NCBI GenBank assembly: GCA_029953675.1
Contig: JAMWBK010000010.1
Coordinates: 1,116,001-1,180,000 of the forward strand
From: Rhodosorus marinus CCMP1338
Lineage: Eukaryota; Plantae; Rhodophyta
DNA: 64,000 nt
Direction: 5' to 3'
In this document: positions 35,672-46,653 of the stretch, in pieces
Layout: the number at the start of each line of letters is the position of its first letter
Numbering within the stretch: position 1 is the first letter of the stretch
Program-made: the position numbers and the translations under genes
Notes under the pieces: model-generated
Databases searched by the model: none
What the model was told of the DNA's origin: nothing
Seen by the model: the letters and a program-made list of their open reading frames with translations, nothing else

Positions 35672-36105
35672 TCAAACAACAAGCATAGCATCGCACGTCC
35701 AAACCGATGAGCCTGAACTAGATACTCTGTTACTGGAAACAAGGGGTTTCAACCCCTTGCTTCCTCTAACAGGAAGACTTGTGGGATACAGGAGATGTTT
35801 ACGAGTTGCCAGCTGAGTTCGACTCCAACTAATTTCCGCTATTATTTCATAGGCCGCCAATGTCCCTGCTTCGTTGCGGAGCTCAGGTCGAACTGAACGA
35901 TCGACAACACAAGGTTCACATCCGCAACTTTCTCTACGAATCTCGTCAGAGGTGGCAGCCTGAATCTGGTCGTGGATTCGCGAATGAGTCGTGGATCTCC
36001 TGGTTCCGGAAGTCTGTAAATTCCCAAAGGAGCGAAGACTAGATTTCTTGAGGTAGAAGCCAGGAGCTTCTTCAACCCGAACCTTCCAGTTGAACCTTCT
36101 CTAGT
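35672..36105 (-). CDS. Possible exon of an unassigned hypothetical gene
   Basis: About 140 codons open on the minus strand (KVRVEEAPGFYLKKSS...AYEIIAEISWSRTQL...), with a minus-strand G-rich leader near 36330. No family recognised. Confidence 0.3.
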
Positions 36106-37400
36106 TCATGCAGAGCTTGATCTCAGAATTTCAGTAACCGTGGGGGTCCCATTCTCCGCGGCTTGCCTTTCGAAGAAGTTTTGTCAGAGAACAATCACGC
36201 CATCTTAGGAGCCTAGGCGTCACTCTGCCGCGTGGTCGGGGCCATTTCCTCTCTGCACGGAACGAACAGAACCACGACGTTGAAGGCGTTGAGGTGTTTT
36301 GGTCACCATCGCTACAAAACCGTCGTCCCCTCCCCCCTCAACCCTCCCTCGCTCAACCAACCCGAGTGTGACAACAGTCTCCTTAAGACATTTTACACCA
36401 ATGTCTGAAACGCGCCGTTTCCCTTTAAAACCTACTATTTATTTCCATTAATCTATTCTCATGCCATACGTGCCTGTTTTTCAGTTGATCTGATGGGCCA
36501 AATCAAAAACTCGGCCAATGTTAAGTTGATATGGTCCTGGCCGTAAAATAAAATACAAAATCCTTGCACACATTTGAAACACCTCCGTTAGAAAATGTTG
36601 GATATTATGATATCTTCTAGTGAATGAATTATAGACGATATTCTCTTGATGTGTAAATGTCCTACCCCCCTACCAACCCCCCGGGATTTTAGGCCGATCT
36701 AGAAGGGGAACATTGGCCTGGTCTTGGCTCTAAAATGATGTAAATTATATGTAAATTTTTGAACGTGAGTAACGTACCCGTCAACCATGCCGTGATCAAT
36801 TCCCAATCTCGTGTAGTTACAAAATCAAAAAGGAAAACAATAAGTGTAAGAGGGGTATGAGAAGTCCAAGCAAAGAATTGTTAATGGAAAATGGGGGGTA
36901 AGGTTGAAGGTTTTAGCTTTGTTAATGCGCTATAGAAAACTTGGTATGGGGTATAATTGTAATATTTTTTAATCTTATCGGAGGTTTTAATAAATGACAG
37001 GGGTAGTATAGTTACACATTGTTGCTTTTTTCTACTATGGAGTAGAGATATGATAAGTAATATCGCGTGGCATTGTTTGGAAGGGGTGGAATAATAAATT
37101 TCGATCCCGAAATTGGAGGGTTTTAGTTGTTTTTTTAGCATCCAAATGGGTTTTGTTTTGCAAGGGTACGTCGGGCCGTCGATTTGGAAGAGACACAGAG
37201 TTAAGTAAGGGTTTCGCGTGAGGGGATATGTCTGGGGTGGGTGGGAGGTTAGGAGGGAGGGTGTTGTAGTCTGCTCTTGGAACTTTTAAGGGGTGGGGAG
37301 GGGGGTGGGAGGGGGAGAGAGGGCGGATAGATCAATAGTAGTTTTTGTTGTTTTTTTGTGTTTGTAAAGTTTCATTTTTGGGGGAAAGGGGCTGAGTGCG

Positions 37401-38992
37401 ATGACAAGTCTTTGCTTTTCACATGGAGCGGTGGCTCTGGCGGCTGGTGTGAGGCCTAGCATAAGCTCGTTTTCTTCTGCCAGAAAGGCGCGAGGACGGG
37501 TTTCGGTTAGACTTTCGAGTGAGGTAAGAGCTCACGCTGCGGATTCAGCCTCGGCTGAGCCTCGATCGCTCGTCTGAGTTTCGAGTCTCTGAATTGTTCT
37601 TCGATCTGGTTCAGGAGGCAATGGAAGGAGCACAGGTTGAGGTCGAAGTTGGCGGTGGCGATGGTGGTGGAGCGGATGGGAACTTTGGGAATGGAAGTGG
37701 CGGCGATGGGTCCGGTGACGGCGAAGGTCCATCTAGAAGTGATAGAGAGATGGTGATGAGGTTTATGGAGTCGTCCGGTGCCACTGTGGAACAAGTAGGC
37801 ACTCAAATATTTGATGCTGGAGATAGCTGGGTGAAAAGGCATCTATTTGACTGACGTCCTCGTTCTTCTTCTGACATTCGTCTAGGTGGACCCTAAAGTG
37901 TGGTCAGCTTTTCAGACAGGAAATATCAGCGGACTGGCGGTTGTGAACTATTTGAAATGCATCTTGAATCCTGCGAAGAAACTGTTTCTGAGACTCTTGC
38001 CGTTTACGTTGAGTCGCGTGTTGGCGGACAATCTGTTCATTTTCAAGGTTGGAGTAGAGGAGGTACGCGCCCAAGAACTGACGAACCATGCTGTCTTGAG
38101 CTCGTTTTGTTTATGGAACCTGAACATCGTGCCCTTTGCTAACGGATTCACCGTATTGTCGTCTCTGCGCTCAATCAGGGCCTCGGTATTTTCGGCAAAC
38201 TCTCAGCCGAGGCAGAACAGCGTAGAGGGAGCTTCTTCAAAGAGATTGACTTCGTTCTCTGCAACCTTTTGACCGCCTTCCTTGTCGACTTTGGGCTTGT
38301 CTACCTTCCAGCTCCGTCGGTCAAGCTGAGAGGTATGCAAATGACTCAATCCTTCACTGGCGAATTGCATGTCTTATCGGTCGGTTTCGTTGGCGATGAC
38401 AGGAGAGGGTGCAGAGAGCTGGATCAAGATGATGAACAGGGTTCTCCCTTCAAGCATTTTCGTCAAGGATCCCGCGGTTACGATGGCGCAAAGATTCCAG
38501 GGCTACTTTTGGACTGGGGCGAAGTTGTTTGGAGTGGGTTTTGCATGCTGTTTTACAAGTGCTGTGCTTACCAACCTGATTATCTTTTCAAGAGCGAAGC
38601 TCGACCCCTCGTTCACTCCGGAGAACTCAATGCAGAACCCGTTCAGTGTTTCAGCCATGTACGCTACTTTCCTTGCTCTTTCCTCAAATACCCGTTATCA
38701 AATTGTAAACGGGATTGAGCAACACTTCTTGCCAGTATTATTTGGGTAAGTTGCATCCAACCACGGAGCGCTGATACTATTCTATAGTATTAATAACTAC
38801 GGGTGGTACTGAGGATTCTTAGTCTCACACTTCACTGACCACTAAGTTGGCCCCGTTTTCTTGCGTAGCCGCTTGCCCCCGATTGCTACTGAGGCTGCAA
38901 CGCTCGGCCTTCGATTTGGAAACACTTTCTGGGGTTCTCAGCAATGGGTGATCTTCGCAACATTAACCGGGGTGCAAAAGTCAGGCCATTAG
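37401..38992 (+). CDS. RETICULATA-related plastid envelope protein (DUF3411), multi-exon
   Basis: Transit-peptide-like start, Gly-rich linker, SRVLADNLFIFKVGVEE, ELDF...VDFGLVYLPAP, GAKLFGVG, SSNTRYQIVNGIE and GSQQWVIFATLTGVQ. Confidence 0.9.
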
Positions 38993-39288
38993 ATGTCTGC
39001 TTTGGTCCTCATCTGTATAAGCAGACGGACGCCTCATGTATCAGACCAACTAGGCGTCCGTTTCATTTGGAGGACGCATGAAACTTTTATTTAGAGTTCA
39101 TGTGCAGTACAGGAGGATGAAGCGTGGGGGTGGAAAATCAGAATAGCTTTGTAATAGTGGAACAAGTTCGATATTCTTTTTAAAGTTATTTTATTAATGG
39201 TGAGGATTGCCAAGAAGACATCGACTTGAAGGCGCTTGTTGTGTCATCAGGACAGAGTCACAGTTCTACAACGAGGGCCTAGAAGGAC

Positions 39289-40476
39289 CTAGAAGTTGAG
39301 GAAAATGTTTTCATTCGGAACTCCTTGGGAGGTAAGATAATCCCGAACGTCAACGGTCATGCCCTTGACTCCGCAGAGCAACGCGGCAGTTTGTGCTGGG
39401 TTTGCCACCCCATCCTCCTTCAAGGCGTCTTGGACATACCCTGTTTTACCTTTCCACTCCTCCTTTCCCAACGCCGGTTGCGACATGACTGGAATGACCT
39501 CAACGTTATTCTCCGCCCAAAGTTGGAACCTGTCCTGATAGGCCTATTTTGTGCATGGCAAGAATTGACAATAAAAACGACAGAATCAGTCGATCCTGTT
39601 CGTTTCTGCTCTCGGTGTGGGTAACTCCAACCACACTGCCTTCGGCAGTTTGAGCCGGCCACACCAAAGCGCGGTCAAGAAACGGAAAAATCAAGGAACT
39701 CAACCAGAATGCGATGAAGCCACTCGACAACATGGATTCAAGGTTTTCGTGGATGATGTTTTGGGTCTCACCATTCTTTCGGGATAGCGACACCCGTAGT
39801 AGAGCTTGACGGAGTTGCGGGTCTTGGGCGCGATTCCATTTAGCCTAGACTCGATAGCACCTCGAATGGGTGCAATTCCCGATCCATTCGCGAAGAGGAG
39901 GATATCCTTTGCGTTGGCAAGGTCAGCGCTTTTCGCGAAACCCTTTCCTCCTACTGGGGTCATTTCGACCTGTAAGTAGCCACACAAACACGTTCCATAC
40001 TAAGATCTTACTACTCAATATGAAGGCTTCTGCAGCTAATTGCTCACCATCTCTCCAGCTTGTAAGTTGTAAAAGGATTCCGAGGAAGGCGATTTTTTAA
40101 CGAGAAACTCGAAAACCCCCGCGATGTTCGGAGCCGAGCTGATCGCGTAGAATCCTGCCTTCTCTTCTCCCGGCAATTTGATCTGAACATACATCCCGGG
40201 TATCCGGTAGGAATCAATCAATGAACCAGTACTCCCTGTCACTCCAACGTTGACTGCAATAAGTCTATGGTCCTCAGAAGCTTGGTTGTTGGACAAAACT
40301 TTCACCAAGTTCCACGGGGTTTCCTGCTGCTTCATCGAGATCCCCCATGACCTCGGCCGGTAGGCAGGTTCAACATACCCTCTCTGCACACGCGGTGCTC
40401 TCTGGGAGCATTTCGCCGTGAAGCTCGAACTCCCCAAAGTGGACAAGCCACTCGACACAAACCCAACGTTCTTCAT
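39289..40476 (-). CDS. Plastid FNR-family FAD/NAD(P)-binding oxidoreductase (fruit protein pKIWI502-like), multi-exon
   Basis: Transit peptide MKNVGFVSS..., PGMYVQIK, FYAISSAP, GKGF, LLFANGSGIAPIRG, LYYG, GYVQD and LCGVKGM. Confidence 0.88.
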
Positions 40477-41674
40477 TGCTCCTGAACAATAACGCCCTCT
40501 TCCCCCTTCTCCAAACCCTCCCGCAAAAAAAAACAAAGAAGTCCTCAGAAGAAAACCAAACTTACAGACTCTCAAATACCCCGAGCAAAAACGTGCGTCC
40601 TTGCAAAAGCCAAAATGCTACCCTGCCCAAATCCTATCCCTATCGAGCACACCGATCTCCCCCCTTCCCCTTTTCCTCTGCACCTAGTCAATTCATCAAT
40701 CCAGCCGTTCCTCACGACTTAACCAATCTCTACTATCCGCGCATCCAGTTAGGACTCACGCAATCTCAAAAAAAAAGATTCGGGACACCCAAAAATAGCT
40801 TCTTACATCTTTCCTGACCTTCGTACAGTTATTTGTAGAGAAGTAACCTCAGATAAACGTATTCTTACGTCTTAAATGTCTATATCTGTGTAGTTTGCGG
40901 ATGGAGAATCCGAGTTCACATTCGATAAAACGATTGGATATAATCGACGTTGTATAGCCAATATTTGATTGCCAGGTGTCCTATTCGCTTCGGTTGCAAC
41001 TCTAGAGCATATCCTGAGGACGCTGAGAGAAGTGTGTGGTGAACTCTTCTCCGATCTACTGCAGTCCCGGAGTGAAGCTAAGCTTGCGCATGCCGCTTGA
41101 TGGAGCTTGAATGGATCAAGGCTTAATTCAGTTTGTACTGTTTCTTTTTCTCCCTCGGCTTGGGACCTCCGATTCTGGTGCACAAAGTTTACACTCACAC
41201 CCCACCGTCATCGGCACAGATGGAAGAATCTCTTCTGCACATGATTTGATCCAGAGAGAAGTTTATTTGATGCGAAACTGCTGCAGCGTGGGTTAATAGG
41301 ACGCTGTGCTTTCGTCCCGTGCATCTTGCTTAGTTGTTGATAGTTGCCGTTTCCATTTATTGCGCAGATTACGTTGTACAATGTCAGACCGGCATGGGGT
41401 CTCGGCTATTACCCTTCGAGTAATAATAGACTATGTACCATGGAGGAGCAGTCCGATCTACCCGATTACTCACGACAATTTCTAAATGCACAGAAGTATT
41501 GCGTCAAGAAGCAAATAGCTACTTCGCAGAGTGTAATCACAACAAAACGTTGGTGCATCGCGGTACATGCACGAGCAGCCCGGTCGATCGTCCTAGAGTA
41601 TGTACAGTGGAGGACCACGTTGTCCACCAACTTCCCCCTGGATCAGAGTCCCAACCCTTTCCATGGGTTTACTC

Positions 41675-42735
41675 TCATGGGGGTGCGGAGGCTCCCGTTC
41701 TTCGAGAAAGAGCTTCCGCATATGGAGGATTAATTGGGGGTTGGACTGGAGGAACGTATTCTACATCTTCGTCAAGATCGTAAGCCATGTCTGGGTCATA
41801 TCCGCTTAGGTCCCCGCAAGCCACGAATGGGACCAGCTTTCTGTTCACAGAAGACGCATTCCTGCAAGTTTGAGCGATGAAAAGCAGCCATTCGTCAGCT
41901 CACGTTGTAGATCCATTCACCTGAGCTCTATGCTTTTGGCTAGGCTTCTTACAATGCAACGAAGTTCTCTCCCGGGATCGACCGAATCGGGGTTTCGGAG
42001 AAGCCTTTGGGTAGCTCGAATCCCTGACACACGACGAAGGCCTCAATCGAAGAATTGCGACTGCTTCTTGGTTTTGCAATTGTAACCTGTCGGAAAAAAA
42101 TTTGCAGGCGCGCATACAACATCTCCGAGTCTTTCTGCCTGAAGATCTGCGAGAAAAATGATCGATTGGGGCGAGTTAGAAGTTGCGAAGAAGTGAGAGA
42201 TATTGCAATCCGGACGATGCTAGCGAGAGACATGGTCACGTCTGCAGTAATTCTGTACCTTTGCCACGAACGTTCCGCCGTGCTTTAGGGTGTGAAGTGA
42301 AACGTTAAGTGCGGAAAGGATCAGTTGGGACTGCACATACTCGTCTATGTCGTGCAGTCCTGTGACGTCAGGAGCCCCATCAGATAAAACCAGGTCCGCT
42401 TTCTCGCTCCCAAACTCTTGGAGGATTCGGTCCCAAGTCTCCTTTCGTGTGATATCTCCCTGAAAACATATAACTCCCTCAATCGGGGCCATTTCTTGAA
42501 GATCAACTGCTACGATCACCGCATCAGAAGCTCGCAGATCCTCTCTTAATCTTTTAGCGACGACCTGGCTCCAGGATCCTGGCGCCGCACATAAATCGAT
42601 GACCCTCCCCACGTTCTCAAACAGGTTGAATTCTTCATCGATCTGCAGCAACTTGAACGCTGATCTAGCCCTGTATCCCACTTCCTTCGCTTTCCTATAG
42701 TATATATCTCTCTTGTCTTTCGAGTTTTTGCCCAT
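41675..42735 (-). CDS. TRM7: tRNA (cytidine32/guanosine34)-2'-O-methyltransferase, FtsJ family, multi-exon
   Basis: [89 protein letters not shown] and VQPPINPPY. Confidence 0.95.
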
Positions 42736-44873
42736 TTTTGTAAGATGATCAAGCTTGTATCATCGGCTGAAACTCATATTTACGAACACAACCCTCGCTC
42801 CTCTTCCACCCCGGTGAAGCCTCGTCGATGACGATGGCCTCCGCGAGGTTTCGGGGCTTCATAGAGATTGCTGAGAACCTTCGGTCCTTTCTGACAGTCA
42901 AGCTCATGCTCGGAACTGCTTTTCGGGGTCTGAGAATGATAAAACGAATGACATCTCCAACGCGGAAGGCTGACTTGTCCAGCCTCATCCCACTTGAGAT
43001 CTTACAGTGCCTTAACATTCAAGATTGTATTGGCGTTTTCGCACGTGAGTTCCAACTGTTGAAAGCGTCGCAGAGGTGCTTCTAAGATCACCATAGAGAG
43101 TGTTCCCGGCTCCACTTAAGCACTTGCCAGGCTCAGGGGACCGATTGTAACGAAATCTAGGACGTCTGGAGGTCTACCACATGGGGACAGCGGGCGGATG
43201 CTTTTCGTAGTCTCCTCCCGGGCTAAAGGCCGTGGAGAGAGTTGCAAACTTCTCCAATCCACTGGACATGTTAGGACCCATGCCGCTGGACGAATGCATC
43301 ACTCGGACGGATTCACACATTGGACCAACATTACCATGCTCAAGAAGCAACAAGGAGCACGTTCATGTGCACCTTGACGAGCGAGTTGTGTCATAGGAGT
43401 AGGAGGTTGGACATCCTAAGCACCATTCTGAAAATGGTTGATGTCTATGGTAGCGAGGTCCACAAGCAGCCCGCACTAATGGACAGAGTATATTCAACAA
43501 TAATCTAAGCCGAGGGTTCCGGGCTCTTTTTTCCTTTCCACTCTAGAGTGTTGTGCCTTCTGACCTAGCAGCTCTGGAGGGAATAGAACCCACGATCCCT
43601 TCGTGAAAAGGGGTAGTTGAAAGAAGAGGGGAGGCATTTGAGGGAACTATATCTTCTGAGATCGAACGTCAAGGACTTGCCATGCCATGCCGCCATTGCA
43701 TTCTGGGGAATGAAGCTCTTGCTTCATGCATCATTTTCGCCACGATTGACACGGCAGAGCCGGTGTCGATGTCTCTCTGCAGTGGTTCTCAGCACGTTCC
43801 CATTGGTGGGCAAACGACAGTCGACGAGTGGTGACTTGAAAACAGCTACGATGCACCTCGAGAATCGAGAATGGAACACTCTCGAATTGCAAGCAACATG
43901 CTGCAGGGTGGTGAGCGATACACGGACGCATCAACCGAGGCGTGAGCAGAAAGTTGCGCGGGTGCGTGGGGGAGTGTCAGTAACGTAAGCGATTTGGTAA
44001 TCTGTGCGGGCCTCTCATTGCCGTAGGAGTTGACGACAAAACCACGAACAACCAGTCAGCAGATAACGCGGTGATGCGTTCGTCCCACGCTGCTATTGGT
44101 GCGCAGACGGCAGTCGCGGTGGACACGCGAGTTGGAACTAAACCGGTACTCGTTCCTTACAGTATTGAAGACCGCCTCCTTGGTTGCATCCCGCACAGAC
44201 ACAATGTACACCAACGAAGATAACCGCGAAAGTCGTTCATCGCTCCCTCCGCAGCCCTCGTTTACAGTAATATCCTCATCGCCTACGCAGGAGGTCTTGG
44301 TTTCGCATCAGACAAGTAGTCGTCGATGTCACTGTAAACTTCCTCCACGTCCATGGAGACGCTAATTTACAATGAAACTCAAAACTAGTGCACACGGAAC
44401 CTTGGTCGTGGGGCCCGGGATCCCCGCCCCCGGAAATCCTGACTGAAAGCTTCTCTTATTTAATCTATACGACAGCGATACAACATAGACTTTTGTCCCC
44501 CTCCCCCCCCCCCTTTGCACAACTCACCAGAACGACAAAGAAAAGCGCTCTTTGTTTCAAGTTTTCGTTTCCTCTTTTGCTGATTCAATGAACAAAATTC
44601 TCGCAAAAAAGTTCCAATCCTCGTCTGCCGTCGAACCAAAGGCAAAAACAAAACAAAAACAAGAAAAGCGTAAAAAAGCGGAAATCATCCGTTTTTTTGC
44701 TCTCCTGAGGATCTCTACAATCCAACTCCATCAAAAACCCATCGTAGCCGAAAGTGATGAAGTAAAACAACCCCTTTTTCAACTGAAAACCGCATACCTC
44801 TTTCGACTCTCTGTAAACAATCAGTTATTTCATGCTTAGTAATAACAGAAAAACCTGAACACCACAGAGGCGG

Positions 44874-45022
44874 TTCATTTCTGACTAATTTATAGTATTA
44901 TTCACGTCAAGAAAAATGGGAGGACACCGGGAAGCACGAAAGGGAAATTCTTTTCGCGAACCATTAAAATAGGAAAAAAACATGGGCCCTGCTTCATTTC
45001 TGACTAATTTGTAGTTTTATTC
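44874..45022 (+). repeat. About 30-bp direct repeat pair with 119-bp period
   Basis: TTCATTTCTGACTAATTT is identical at 44874-44891 and 44993-45010, and continues with mismatches (ATAGTATTATTC / GTAGTTTTATTC). Confidence 0.85.
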
Positions 45023-45987
45023 GACACAATATAAAGTCATATGAAAACATGAAAAGAAGTACTTTTTCCGTATGCGTTCCAAAACCACCGTTTCAGAATC
45101 GATTTGTTGTTTTTTGTTTTTATTTATTAAATTGTTTGTTTTCTTCCGTCCCTGGATCTAGGGGTACTGCCACTCGGGAGTACATTCGTCACGAACGATT
45201 TTTGCTTGCAGGAAACATTGAAAACAGAGGTTTCGCTGTATGCCGAGAAGTAGTGTAGTCGAGGATCCAAGGGGTTAGGTGCTGGTCGCCGGTTGCGGCT
45301 GAAGTAAAATACATCTTGTTAAGAATTTTTACAGGTAACGATGGGAAGACAGTGGCTCGTCCAATGACATCTGTTCCTGATGACATCCCAACGAATTCCC
45401 TGGCTTCAACGAATTTCTGACTGCAATTGGCTTATGAAGACCCTGAAAAATGAACAAATTCAATGTATCTCGCGCATGATCATAAAATTAAATACATTCA
45501 TATACGTTCTATTCGAATAGACTTACATTTTCGCACGTACCTGCAATTTTTGAGCAAGAATTTTTCCGCTAGGGGTAGGTTTCAAACTGCCGCTAGTTTG
45601 GTGAACAGTTCCTTTCAATGAATATATACGAACAATTCTAATCTCCACCAAGCCCAAGAATGCCCTCTCATGCTGTAGAAAAGACCAACTCATTGAGAGA
45701 ACCAGCCTAAAAGTTACGGTTTGACCGACCCGGAATATTTTCGAATCCATGGATTCGGAGATTTTCGATTGCTTTCCCCCCCTCTCCTTTCTCCTGCTCT
45801 TTTCTGTCCAGTAGACAGATATTGCCGAAAGCCCTCGTGGAAGGATTTACCCCACCTCTTACGATAATGGATTTTTTCAAGAAAATTCGGTATACAGATA
45901 CTTATCAAAATATTAAAAAAACCCTCTCATATGCGCCTTGTCAATGGTAAACTCGATAGATAGTATTTTCAAAGAAATTAGACCTAA

Positions 45988-46033
45988 ATGGTCTGATGAA
46001 CAAGGGGGTAAACCCCCTTGTTCATCAGACCAT
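45988..46033. other. Perfect 21-bp inverted repeat (hairpin)
   Basis: ATGGTCTGATGAACAAGGGGG-taaa-CCCCCTTGTTCATCAGACCAT. Confidence 0.95.
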
Positions 46034-46653
46034 ATAATTATCGTAAAATGACAAATATGCTTAAAACCTTGAATATCAGTACTTTACAATGGGGTGGAGA
46101 CTGAACTTTCAGCAGATCCTCCCCTTGTAACATTTTTCCCCCACGATAAAGATCTTGAATTAATAATTGCTCCACAGGGCGAACTGGTATTTAATAATTA
46201 AAAAGATTGTCAAATGAAAAAAATGAGGGAGAGGAAAGGGGGTTTTAAGATGGGGGGTGAAATTAGAAACATACAATATGTTTTGTTGGTTATTTCTATA
46301 ATATTTTTATGAAATCGATTTTTCGGATTGGTGCTTAGTACTTTCGAAAGGGTGGTTGGTTGTGGGAAAGTGATGGTAAGTGAGATTTTGGGGGGGTGTG
46401 GTGCGGTGTTTTGGAAGAGGATACGCAAAATGGGATTTTGGTGAATAGGCTCCGCGCTTGCAGGTGGTTGAGTGAGGAGGGAATGAGTGGAACGTATATA
46501 TAAAAAGTGGGCTCTGGTTTGGCTGGTGACAAAGTTGTCTGGGTTGGGAGGAGATGGTTGGTTGAAGGATTGAAGGCTGAAGAAGTCCGTGTATCTGCGG
46601 CGGGTTGGGGGACGGGCACGGGGTTGCGTGTATTAGGTTCTGGTGTGATAGCC

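Noticed and set aside
42749-44400. Short ORFs upstream of TRM7, including GMRLDKSAFRV resembling a retroelement segment
   Set aside because: There is no adjacent zinc knuckle, RT or endonuclease motif, and no coherent gene model.
46507-46653. 49-residue N-terminal extension of PMCA from a GTG start
   Set aside because: This is G/T-rich leader sequence; the first ATG is at 46654.
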